This document shows positions 1 through 11,645 of a stretch of 64,000 nt of DNA, in pieces (within the stretch, counting starts at the first letter, position 1; every line of letters begins with the position of its first letter). Origin of the DNA: Selaginella moellendorffii (Eukaryota > Plantae > Lycopodiophyta); NCBI RefSeq assembly GCF_000143415.4, contig NW_003314422.1, positions 1 through 64,000 of the forward strand, in the 5' to 3' direction. The translations under genes and the position numbers were made by a program. Below the pieces are notes generated by a model, which saw only the letters and a list, made by a program, of their open reading frames with translations, made no database searches and was not told the DNA's origin.

Positions 1-19
1 CTCTTCTCGTTGGTGACAG

Positions 20-898
20 AACGAAGCACTCAACGGAGGTGGATTGTTGTTTGTCAAGAAGCATCCTGACTTGAGAGTCAGGGTGGTTCACGGGAACACC
101 CTGACAGCCGCGGTGGTCCTCAACGAGCTCCCGGCCGAAGTGGAAGAGGTGTTCCTGACAGGAGCAACGTCCAAGCTGGGCCGGGCCATCGCTCTCTACT
201 TGTGCAGAAAGGGAGTCCGCGTGCTGGTATGTGTCTCATTCACTTCAGGCTTAAGTAGCTAGCCGTGGAGTTACGAAGCGATCTAATCCATCGCATTTCC
301 TCCACTTCAGATGTTGACAAGCTCCAGAAGTCGCTACGAATCCATTCTGAGCGAGGCCGCCGCGGAGCACCGCAGGAACCTGGTTCATGTCACTAAATAC
401 CAAGCTGGCCAGTACTGCAAGGTTGGTAAAGCGCACGACGCCAAGTCTTACAGCTCTTACACATCGTTTTTACTTCTTTCTCTGCAGAGATGGATCATTG
501 GCAAGTGGGTTACCGAACGAGAGCAAGGATTTGCGCCGGTGGGGACGCACTTCCACCAGTTTGTCGTGCCGCCAGTGCAGGAGGTGCGCAGCGACTGCAC
601 ATACGGGAAGCTGGTTGGGATGAGACTTCCCAAAGACGTGGCCGGAGTCCACACTTGCGAGGTAGGAGAGAGCTCTTTTTCCCTCTTGGCTTTTCCAGCG
701 CGTGGACGTAACTCACTCTTCTCTCTTTTCTCTCATGTGCAGTATATAAATGACCGAGGGGTTGTTGCTGCCTGCCATGCCGGGGGTTTGCTGCACGCAC
801 TGGAGGAGTGGAGCCACCACGAAGTGGGAAGCATTGATGTGGAAAGGATCGACACGGTCTGGCAAGCAGCTTTGAGCCGGGGCTTCACGCAGGTGTAA
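20..898 (+). CDS. CER3: CER3/WAX2-type very-long-chain aldehyde decarbonylase complex subunit, 3' exons only (20-226, 311-421, 488-661, 743-898)
   Basis: Spliced translation [38 protein letters not shown]...[18 protein letters not shown]...[10 protein letters not shown]...[20 protein letters not shown]...[10 protein letters not shown] matches the WAX2 C-terminal domain. All introns are GT-AG and in frame. Confidence 0.92.
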
Positions 899-1870
899 GT
901 GGCAACGGGTCTTTTTCCTTCGGAGTTTACGTTCGAGCAGAGAGAGAACAGCCATGCCAGCAGCGACACCAGGTACCTTCAATTCCTCCACACTTGGATT
1001 GGATTGGATTGGATTCAATCCACACTCCTCGCAGTAGCAGCAGCAGCCAGCCAGCCAGCCAGCCAGCAGACAAAGAAAGCAGAGATGCTCACTCAAGAGC
1101 AGGGAAAATAGATTCACAAGGCTCAAACGAAGAACACAAGAAGAAAAGAAGAAGTGGAGAAAGTTTCTATATGGCTTTGAGGATAGCTTTAGCTGGATGA
1201 TTATTATTTGCTCACTGCCTCTGCGATTCATGGCAATGCAGTGACAGCCTCTTTTCAAGGATTGAATGACGATCCAAATCTTTGTTAATTTCTTACACTG
1301 TCACTGTTTGTTCTTGTTCATGGCTTCTTGGGCGAAGTTGTGGCAGTCTCAGGGAGTTCCAGACAAGAATTCCAGCGAGATTGCGTACATGGTAGACAAA
1401 CTCCAAGATGGATACTTTTTCTCTCTCCAAGCACCAGCTTTTTGTTGTTTCGAGGTTGCAACTTCCCAAGGATGGATTTATGAGGTTGTGATCTTTTGTG
1501 TCACAAGTCATGACAAGAAGGTGCCAAGGTTGGCATTAAACCGCTACCAAATCTTAGAACTTTCACGCGAGTTGGTTACCAAAAATACAAGAGATCCTTG
1601 CATTGCAAAGTCAATACCATAAAGACCAAAGGCTGACACATTGGTGGGATTCAAATCAATGCAGACCTTTTGAGAGAAATCCAAGCGTCTCTTTTCTTGA
1701 TCGCCTTTCCAGTGTACATTTCTTGGTGGACACCAGCTAGTGTCTCTTTTTTTATTTTTATAGCTTTTCCACTAAGAAAATCCAGTCTGGAAGTTTGAAG
1801 ATCTCCACTTTAGCAAACTTACTTACATGCAAGAGATGATCTTAGATGTGCAGGAGTGCTCCCAGCCGAT
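899..1870 (+). repeat. Copy 1 of a ~960-bp direct duplication (copy 2 at ~2916-3871)
   Basis: Near-identical sequence including (GGATT)n and (AGCC)n tracts, ending ...gatcttagatgtg...ctcccagccga in both copies. Confidence 0.93.
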
Positions 1871-2896
1871 GGCGTTAGTTTGTAAAAAAGCGTAACTTTA
1901 TTTCTATTTTCTCATAAATGAATTTCTTTCCTTCTCCCCATAGCCATCATGCCCATTCCAATGGCATAATGGATGACCCCATCCCATGTATATAATAGTC
2001 GACACACCATAGCACTGCCAACAGCTATGGACAACACTTTCTTTATCAAAACCTGATCTAACTGTGTGCTCCCATTGTTATGGGTTTTTTATTAGCATAT
2101 TTTTTCCCCATGGCTGCTACAATGTTAATTATGAAATTCCAAAGTAAGATGCAAGATAACTTATGGTGTTGGTCTCTAAAATCTTCAAGTCCATCCAGGT
2201 GCAAAATGTTACTGCACTAGCAAATCCATGTGACTGCAAAAAGTTGTTAAAAGTCTAAAGATCCATAACATGAAAGATTACAATATATAATTAAAGCACC
2301 GAATCACCTATGATTCATTGTTGTCCTTATCTTCAATCTCATTACCTGAAGAAGAGTTGAAATAGCTTAATATTAGAGATGAGACACTATGTTCTTTAAC
2401 AATGCCTATCATGTCCAGATAATCTACGTATTATTTGAAATTAAAAAAACTTTGAGGCCTCTAAGCAATGAATTCATGTGGTATTCATAAGTCATCTATA
2501 GAACATGCATGGCCTATGGCGTTATCAATGGTCATTCATACCCATGTATGGGCATCCAAATTCAGACTCAATGAAAAAGTGCCACATGGCTTTTGCTAAT
2601 GTTTAAGTATGTTTGAAGGCTTTTACACTTTTCTTAAGCCATTTTACTTTTCAAAGAAAGATAATTTTAATTTTAACCCTTCAAAAAATGTTATAATCTT
2701 TATTTCCTAAGTTGATCTACCATCAAAAGTAAATTGCCATATATATTATTTTAATAGTTAAAATGTTTTTTTACCTTACTTAAGAAGTATGATTTTTTAT
2801 TTAACAGTTAATGTCAACCCTTAAAAAATAAATAAAATACCCTAAGTATATCGAAATCTACACTACAAATGTTACGTTTTTTACAAATTACACACC
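1871..2896. mobile_element. Non-autonomous TIR (MITE-like) DNA element, ~1.03 kb
   Basis: Left end GGCGTTAGTTTGTAAAAAAGCGTAAC versus reverse complement of right end GGTGTGTAATTTGTAAAAAACGTAAC. AT-rich non-coding interior; AT flanks both ends. Confidence 0.6.
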
Positions 2897-2915
2897 ATAG
2901 ACATGGTCTGGCTAC

Positions 2916-3871
2916 GGCAGCGGGTCTTTTTTTTTCGGAGTTTACGTTCGAGCAGAGAGAGAACAGCCTTGCCAGCAGCGACATGTACCTTAAATTCCTC
3001 CACACTTGGATTGGATTGGATTGGATTCAATCCTCCTCGCAGTAGCAGCAGCAGCAGCCAGCCAGCCAGCAGACAAAGCAAGCAGAGATGCTCACTCAAG
3101 AGCAGGGAAAGTAGATTCACAAGACTCAAACGAAGAACACAAGAAGAAAAGAAGTGGAGAAAGTTTCTATATAGCTTTTGAGGATAGCTTTAGCTGGATG
3201 ATTATTATTTGCCCACTGCCTCTGCGATTCATGGCAATGCAGTGACAGCCTCTTTTCAAGGATTGAATGACAATCCAAATCTTTGTTAAGTTTTTTGTTT
3301 TTGTTCGTGGCCAAGTTGTGGCAGTCTCAGGAAGTTCCAGCCAAGAATTCCAGCGAGATTGCGCACATGGTAGACAAACTAGAGTAAAAACAATGACAAG
3401 AAAGAGTTGCAAGCCAAGATGGATACTATTTTTTCTCTTCAAGCACCAGCTTTTTGTTGTTTCGAGGTTGCAACTTCGCAAGGATGGATTTATGAGGTTG
3501 TGATCTTTTGTGTGGCAAGTCATGACAAGAAGGTGCCAAGGTTGGCATCAAACCGCTACCAAATCTTAGAACTTTTACGCGAGTTGGTTACCAAAAATCC
3601 AAGAGATCCTTGCTTTGCAAAGTCAATACCATAAAGACCAAAGGCTGACACATCGGTGGGATTCAAATCAATGCAGACCTTTTGAGAGAAATCCAAGCGT
3701 CTCTTTTTTTGATCGTACTGTACACTTCTTGGTGGACACCAGCAGTGCCTCTCTTTTTGTCTTTATAGCTTTTCTACTAAGGAAATCCAGTCTGGAAGTT
3801 TGAAGATCTCCACTTTAGCAAACTTACTTACACGCAAAGCGCAAGAGATGATCTTAGATGTGCTCCCAGCC
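2916..3871 (+). repeat. Copy 2 of the ~960-bp duplication; it is the downstream/3' UTR region and last codons of the minus-strand gene at 3854-5603
   Basis: Aligns by eye to 899-1870 and contains the gene's stop codon at 3854-3856. Confidence 0.93.
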
Positions 3872-5603
3872 GAACTCTTCGCTGCTATCAGACCCCTTGT
3901 CTGCTGCTGGATTTGCTGCTGCTGCTGCTGCTTGCACGCCATTCTTCATGAGGCGGTCGGACAGCTCCTTCAAGGACGCGGTACGTTTCGGAACGTAGTC
4001 GTCTCGCACTTGGATGTCCTCGCCACTCATCGTCGCGGCACCATCGTCATCACTCCACTGGGGGCGGCTTCTCAAGAGCGCCAGCCTCTGCTCCACTTGG
4101 TTGCTGTCGAGGTACGAAGGGTTCTGCTGCTTCTCCTCGGGCTCGGGATCGCTTTTGGAGACAACCTCTGCATGTTACATCCAGATTGTTAGATGGATTT
4201 TGCTAGATGAATTGAAACTACAGTTTAAGAGCTCCTCAAATAAGAATGCATACCTTCCACCTCCTTGGGACCTTTTCCAGCCAATTCCAAGAGAATCTTA
4301 AACCTCGTCACAAGCTGCTCGTTACCGTCTTCGTCGTGCTCGGCAGGCTGCTCGTCAGTCTCGCTGTACAGTCCAAAGTTTGGATCCTCCTCGGAAGGGT
4401 TCTTGCTCTCTTCGACCTGCTAAACTCTCCAGCAGTAATATGAAATAGAGGAAAAGAGAAACAAAAGCTAAGTACTTACCTGATTTGCATCCTCCACAGT
4501 GGCATTTTGCTGGCCGTGTGCATGAACGAGGCACTTGGAGAGGTCCAATATGGCCGACTGCAAGTCCTTTATCCCTGCTTGTCGCAGAAAAGAATTCGGT
4601 GCCTTCTTCTCTCGAGCTCCATAGTGCGACAGCAAAACCTTCGACAGGTTCGAGATGCTGCTCACCAAGTCGTGACAGTCGGCCGTGCAAGCTCCCGGCA
4701 ACGCCGAGTGCTGAGCAGGCTTCTCGCCATCCCAGAAGTTCCCAAACTCCAAATCCTGCTCATCCTCCTCCTGGCTCCGTATGCGACTGTACAGAGGCTC
4801 CACAAACCCACCATCGTCGTCGCCAGCTTTGTCTTGAACTTTAGCTCCATCACCGGTCGAAGACTCCATCGCCGGTGGCGGCCCGAGCTGAGAAGCAGCC
4901 TCCTGGCGTCCGTAGAGAAGCTCCATGAGATTTCCCATCCTGGCTTGGACGTTACCGCCGCTACAAGACTCTGCCGGTCGTGGTGGCGCTAACGCGTCAA
5001 GGAGCTGAGAGACGCTACCATTATAGCCGCGATCGTGCGAAGAGCTCACGTTGTAACCCTGGAAAGGATCGTCTTGGCCCTGAGTACCAGAAGCAGCAGC
5101 GGCAGGAGTAAAAAAACTCTCCCAGGTAAGATGGTCATCGTAATGATACTGCGAGAATGGAGCTTTGCTTACGTCGTGGAGACGATGGTGGAACTCTTGA
5201 AAGTCAAAGAGGGGATCGCCACCACCACCACCACCACCACCAGCGCTTGAGCAATCCAGCTTTGGTGCCAGCAATGGAACGTTGAGATCCAAGAGAGTTG
5301 CTGGAGGAGGGCCACCCTCCCAGAATGGAGGAGCGGAAGCAAAAGGCTCCACCAGATTCGCGTCTTTGCCGTTGGGGTAATTCGATCGCGCGCAGCTCTC
5401 CAACGAAGAAGTGGCGCTCGCCACCATATCCGCGAAGAACACCGACGCGGCACGCTTCAGCACTGGCTCGTCTTCTTCCACCTGATCAAATGGGAAGAAG
5501 CGTAGAGGAATCTCACGCTTTTCACAGGTAGAGGAAGAAACCCTGACCTGAAATGCTCGCCGCTCTTCGCTACCAGGAATTTCCCCAGCTTCTGCGGGCG
5601 CCA
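3854..5603 (-). CDS. Uncharacterised plant protein resembling the At3g49490 family (exons include 4480-~5482, 4254-4416, 3854-4167; start uncertain)
   Basis: In-frame GT-AG splicing. Motifs SISNLSKVLL...ILDLSKCL, VTRFKILL, VEQRLALLRSR and C-terminal SSEEFGWEHI recall the LHNLSELL / VMARFxILKxR / SDWEHV motifs of that family. Confidence 0.6.
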
Positions 5604-5769
5604 TCACGGCAGTACCTCCGCGCAGAGAAATCACGAGAAAATCCGCGAGATTGGCCGCGATCGCCTCACCTCCATCGCCATTCCACGCCCGCCATTCCAA
5701 GCCCCATTTGAGTGGCTCAATTTCTCATTGCCCAAGCCCTAATCGTATAAACACAGAAGAATATTCTAT

Positions 5770-5896
5770 GTACGGTAGGAATATCTCAACGGGCACGGTG
5801 GGTACGAAAGCCCTAAAACACACCCCGGATATTCTCTGTACGGTAAGAATGACTATGTGCGTACGACAAGCGTACGTAATGAGATTGGTATGTACG
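5770..5896. promoter_or_regulatory. Cluster of six GTAC(G) motifs (SBP/SPL-type core)
   Basis: GTAC at 5770, 5802, 5838, 5861, 5872 and 5892, each followed by G (CGTAC on the minus strand). Confidence 0.45.
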
Positions 5897-5944
5897 AACT
5901 TGAGCCCTAAAACGCGCGTTCCTTGTTCTTTGAGTTCTCCTTCC

Positions 5945-6554
5945 TTAGTCGAAATCGGCGATTCCCAGATTGGCGACGACGATTCTCAGCTGATCGACAA
6001 TGCTAGATCCAGTCGCGAACTCTGTGAGCAATCCCACCGCGATCCCAAACATCGCCCATCTGCGAGATTGGAAGAGAGATTGGCTGCGAATTTTGTGTGG
6101 ATTGATGGGTTTACCTGCCATTGCCGACCTCGTTCTTGCGGCTCCAGCCAAAGATCTGGCCCTCCTCGGCCTGGCGCTGGAATTTCCTGTCCAGGAAGTA
6201 CTCTTGGAGCTCCTTGGCTCGTTGCCGCTGGAATTCCACCGTCACGCCGCTCTCAAATCCAGTGGCAGCAGCGATAGGATTCGCTGGAGCTGGAGCTGGA
6301 GCTGGAGGTGGGGATGGGGCTGGCGTGTCCGGTGATGGCGATGGCGATGGCGATGGCGATGGCGCTGGCTTGACGGTGCTAGGCGCTCCCGGGCGGCGCA
6401 ACGGCGTCGAGCCGGGGGAATCCGGCGGAGGCGAGGAGGAGGAAGCCCTTACCTGGACGATCGATCGCGAGCGCGATGGGGATTGGAATCTCTTCCATCC
6501 GTGAGTGGAGGAGGAGGAAGAAGAAGGGCTAGGGACGAACAAGGCCATAGCCAT
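5945..6554 (-). CDS. OHP2: One-helix protein 2 (LHC-like), chloroplastic; exons 6115-6554 and 5945-6059
   Basis: Ser-rich transit peptide, Pro-rich linker, then VTVEFQRQRAKELQEYF...FGWSRKNEVGNGR|WAMFGIAVGLLTEFATGSSIVDQLRIVVANLGIADFD; 55-nt GT-AG intron. Confidence 0.95.
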
Positions 6555-8699
6555 CTCGATCTCTGTAGCGCGCAGTGAGCTGACGTGGAGCGCCCAAGGC
6601 CTTGCATTGAGCAGAATTTTAGGGCTTCACGACACCAGTTGCGTGTTCAATTCCCATGGCATGTAATGATAATAATAAGATTATCCTATTTACCATTCTA
6701 AGTATCCATTTCTATTTGTTGCTAAGCTAGACATTTCCGCTACAGTTCCATTCCTATATTTGCAACTTGATCATCCAAAAGACAGTTTATGGTTGGGTTC
6801 AATTTGCACCTTTTAATATCTACTAAAAGTGCAATTAGCAGGGGAGAACAAGTCTTACAAGCTTGACCTTTGGTTGCATATATTAACCTTTTTTAAAAGA
6901 GAATCTATGCAAGATACTTTCAATATTAGAACAAGTCATTAGATCTCCACATCCAATTACTGATAGCTTGGTATCTTTGTATTTCTAATCTATAGTCTTA
7001 CATTTGGCTGTGATACTTCTATTAGCAAAGGATACAGATTTGCAGCTTCTTAAAACATGGCCACATTTATGATTCTACTAATAATTTTGATGTTAGTTTT
7101 GCTGAGTAAAGAAAAGTATAAACTTACCACCAAGATTAAAGTGCTCAAAAAAAACTAAAACACTTAATCACTTCCAGTGATACATTCTTAAGAATTTTTT
7201 TCTACACTATTTGAATTATTATTTATAATAATTTCGGAAAAGATAAAATAACGCCATTTAATCTTTTCAGACACTTGTGTTAAAGAGAATGCCCTCACCA
7301 ACACTATATTCATAGCATATTCTTTTCTATAGATTCCTTTTGGATGATCTAGATTTAATTTTAATTAAAGGGCTATTATTATTTTCAATTTTTTAGTATT
7401 TATAATTTGAGTGTTTGGGATATGGGATTAATTAGGAATTAGAACCCATGCTAAACTACTATAATTAGTATATTTAGCTTATAATCTATGTTTTATTTTA
7501 AGTTTTGGTTTGCTCTAGAAAACCTCAGTATACAGAAAATACCTAGAATATCTAGCTGTATCCTAGGATATTTCTTAATCCAATTGTTGTGATTTTCTGC
7601 ACAATTTAAATACTAACCTCGAATAGTTGAGGTCCTGACACAAAACCTTGATTTAGAAAGATGTTCATCAAAATTGTGTGAAAACCAATTGCAACACCAT
7701 CATGATCCAGTTTATAATTCTGATTAATCCATACATCCTACCCATGATCACCAGAAAAACACCCTAGCCACCTTTTTCAATGTTGCACAATCTTTATGGG
7801 ATGGTTGAGTGTCCTATGGCTTGAGTTTGCAATGATTTCTCCTAAAGTCATATGATAATTTTTAAATCCTTCAGATTAATAAGGATTCTTGCTAACGATT
7901 TAATGGTCTATGAAAGCTTGTGTCTAGAAGCCTATGCATCAGGAGCTTGAGCAAGTATTTGAACCTTAATTTAATTTCTTCTTCTTAATTTGTAATACTG
8001 CTACACAAAAAATTATTATTTAGTTATCAGCCTTCTTTCCTCTCTTTCTCACCCTATTTGGCATTGAGCCAGCTATCACATTCAAGTAGTTAGTGAGGTA
8101 GAAGCTGTATCCAGGACAATATTAAAACAGCAAAAGGCTGCAAACTTCCAACCCTAAAAATTCCAAAAACGATGGCCTCTAGGGGTGCCCACCAGATGTG
8201 TCTATATACAGCCCTGGTGAGTCAACAGCTTCGACTGTGACAGTTGTAATGGCATCATGGTCCTTGTTGCAGGAGTGGAGGAGTGCATCTCAATTTCCTT
8301 CTAGCATAACATGGAGTTGAGTGACTTGAGATTGAATGAGTGTTTTAGATCTTGCCTTAGATTTTGTGTTTAGCCTTAATGAAAATTTATTTCTCATAGG
8401 GTGCTGCCTATTTACCCTCTCAATGGGAAGTTCCAGTAAGAACCCAAGAGCAGGATTGATGTATAATATGTGATTGCTATTTGAGGCATGTAGTGACCAT
8501 GAGCAATACATGCTTTCCAAAGCATAGTGCAAAGATCACAAATGGTCCTATTGCCACCTCAGCTTAGCAAAGATCATTGGTGATTGGGGTATGAGTCAGA
8601 GCTTCCCATAAAATTACTTATGGTATACAATTTTCCATTTTAATGCCACTGTTTATTGTTTCTATGCATAACATTCAATAGTCGGAATAACATATAAGT

Positions 8700-9015
8700 G
8701 TGACCTTTAACATATTTAGATGTAATATTTTCATTACACAATATAGGTGTACTCTTTTCATTGTTGTTCCCTGAAAATATATAGATGCTACCTTGCTCAA
8801 TTTCACTTGAAAGATGCTTGGTACTCTCATTGAACCCAACAATATGTATCTCAAAACTTTCTGCATTAGCAACATCAATTAACATAACACACTCAATTGT
8901 GCCTGTTTCAAAGAATACAAGTTTTCCTTTGTGTATCACCCTAGCATTAGTAGTAATGGTTGTTGATGTCCTTGATTGGCATCTCATTGACATGATCTTC
9001 TTAGAACTCTTTCCC
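8700..9015 (-). pseudogene. Decayed RPA70-like OB-fold (ssDNA-binding) fragment, possibly a Helitron relic
   Basis: MPIKDINNH /frameshift/ TTNARVIHKGKLVFFETGTIECVMLIDVANAESFEIHIVGFNESTKHLSSEIEQGSIYIFS follows the RPA1 DBD-A pattern (IKARV...D...EIRATxFN...EVGKVYYIS). Confidence 0.55.
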
Positions 9016-11354
9016 TTAATATAAAACAGAGAAAAAAATGGATTTATGTTATCATGAATTTAGGAATCAATTGTCTTGCATATGTAATGTCAAAAACTAA
9101 AGAAGTCATGAAAAAATAGCTATGTACCATATGATAAAATTCCTGGCTTTGCTTTTTGCCCTAAAATAATAAACACTTCTAAGTTAGATAACAGGGAAAA
9201 AAAAAGTGACCAGCCAACACACTTTGTTATAGATGACAAGTTCATAGTTTTTGTTGGAAACACTTACTATGTAGCTCCAAAAGTTTTTCACTGTAGCTAT
9301 AGACCCAAGGCATGAGTTGGGATAGACTTTGTTGTCATAAGGAATCCAAGATATTTTGTCTTCACAAGTATGAGGTCAACTTTGGCATTTGTTAGAGGTT
9401 TTGATGGTGGAATTGGAGCTTGCATTTGCAAAGCTCAAGGTTAGAGGCATCTCATTTTGGAAGTTTAATTTTTACTCGTTGCATTGACAATGTTCTTGAG
9501 CCACTCTAAGACACCACTATCTGTGAGCTTGTCGTCCATAAGCTTGATATCATCGCACATGAATTTCACATAGTTTTCTGAACACAAAACTCAGTTTGTC
9601 TTTTAGTTTTTTTTCTGATAGTTTTTATAGCAACATACTGTGCTTATTTTCTTTCTTTTATTATGAATTTTTTTTTCTGTAAGCAATCTCTAATTTGGGG
9701 TTTGTAGTGATAATCCCATAAGCATGGACCTGCTAAACTATTTTGTGTGTGACAAGCTAAACAAGATATGAAAGTGGTCGTCTAGATGCTTGAGTTCAAT
9801 GTTATCTGGTTTGAGTAGGAAAGTTGGAGTGCAGAGAAGAAATTGATGTCCAAGCAGATGATGTTTCTTTTCTTACAACTTTCTTCAATAGAGGTACCAT
9901 GCATTTTGACAAGAGTGCTAATTCACAACATGCTGCCAATTAACTCTTACAAAGAGATTAGACTTATAGCAAAATAAGAGGATTGCAATGTATTAGCTTT
10001 ATTTAGTACGAGTGGCTTGCCTGATTAGTCTAGTTCATTTCTTCTCCTAGGATATAAAGAGGTAAAAACTCATCAACTCAACAACTAAAATTGTCAAGAA
10101 TTCCCATTATGTTGAGCATGTGAGCCTATACCTATAACAATAGAACTTATTTTAGGGAATAAAAACTACATAAACCTCTAATTTATTTGAATAAGGTACA
10201 CTTCAACATGTAACTTTTCAGTGAAACAAAAGCCTAAAGCAATAATTAATAATGACTTTACAACAAATCTGACCTAAGACATATTTTATATTAGTTTTCA
10301 TAGTCTATTCTATAGGGTTCAGTAAAACACGTGGAAAAATGTAAAAATGGAGAGGATTATGCCAGAAATGTTGTTTATTGCCAAACTGTATATACCACCA
10401 AAATTTTTATAGACATTGAAGCTTGCAGGAACAGTATTCAAAAATTAATCTCATGCCCACTGACTTTCTAGATTATCTTCATACCAAAACAAATCCTAAG
10501 AAAATAAGTATCAAGTGTTTCTTTCATATCATTATAAGAAAACTAGATTTTACTTTAGATTATATATATTAAACATGTGTGCCATATTGAATATATTTAT
10601 AAAAAATAATGTTATTTATATTAAAAGCAAGATTGTTTTACTTTTTAGAATGATATGTCATCAACCATTAAAAGCTGTATTATACTTCAGTTTTTTAAGA
10701 AAACAATTATGTAATATAATAATGTTATCTATTAGTTTCATAGTAGTGCTCAAGAGAATCATAATGCCAAGGAAAATCGGTCTAAGAAGCACAATAATTA
10801 TGTTAATTTCCCTCAATATATCTACACATACATCCTATTTGAGATACTTAAATTTGCTAAAGTACTCATTTCAAGGTTTTTTTTGCTTCTCTAGTATAAC
10901 ATTAATAAGGAATTCGAAAGATTGAAGAAGAAAAGCATCAATATTAATGTTATTGTTAGAGAAGAGTATAAAATCATAACCACTGAAATTTTATTTTCAA
11001 GATACTTTGTATGGCTAACATAGTAGATTTTAGTGATATAGCCAATATTTTACATATGGCTTCTTTTGCCATGTCATCTAAGTCTTTTGCAAATTAGGGA
11101 AAGACAACACATCACATTTATCAATACAGTTTTTGATTTCAAATCAATTTAAAAATAAAGTAGATATAAATGGAAAAAATAAGTTTTACCTCTAATTACC
11201 ATTATAAGCACCACTAGTTTCTTGCATTGTTTATGTGCTGTTTTGGGATTATAGTTCTTGTATAGTTTGAAATGACATGAGTATAAATTTTAATATTTTT
11301 GTAAATAAATAAAAAAAATTATAATTTTAAATAAAATTTATAATATCTATTTTA

Positions 11355-11645
11355 TATTTTTGGTTTTGGGTAGTGGATATACCTAAAATATGCCTAAATA
11401 TTCTAGGATATTCTACCATCTTACAGTTGTTATTCATTTATATTAATTTTATATTTATAATTTATAAACTTTCCTAAACACTTTCTAGTATATTCTAGTT
11501 TGTTAATATTCAATAAAAATATTCTTGTATTTATAAAATATAAAAATGTTTATAATATAATCTTCCAGTTGATTAAGTGGATTAACAAATAGGGATAATA
11601 CTACTATCAAGCAAAAAATGCAATGTGCAGCAAATTATTTAATAT
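11355..11645 (+). repeat. Dispersed AT-rich repeat, related to 53953-54280
   Basis: Shared blocks tagtg(g/a)atatacct...acagttgttattcattta...ttataaactttcctaaacact...actactat(c/t)aagcaaa...gcagcaaatta. Confidence 0.8.

Noticed and set aside
1205-1250. Short hairpin gctcactgcc...gcagtgacag resembling miR156*/miR408
   Set aside because: No 20-21-nt match and the stem is too short for a pre-miRNA.
713-1622. ORFs in the duplicated block (and 2814-3803)
   Set aside because: Microsatellite-driven, and frames are not conserved between the two copies.
10515-10925. 136-aa AT-rich ORF
   Set aside because: Composition reflects AT bias; no motif.
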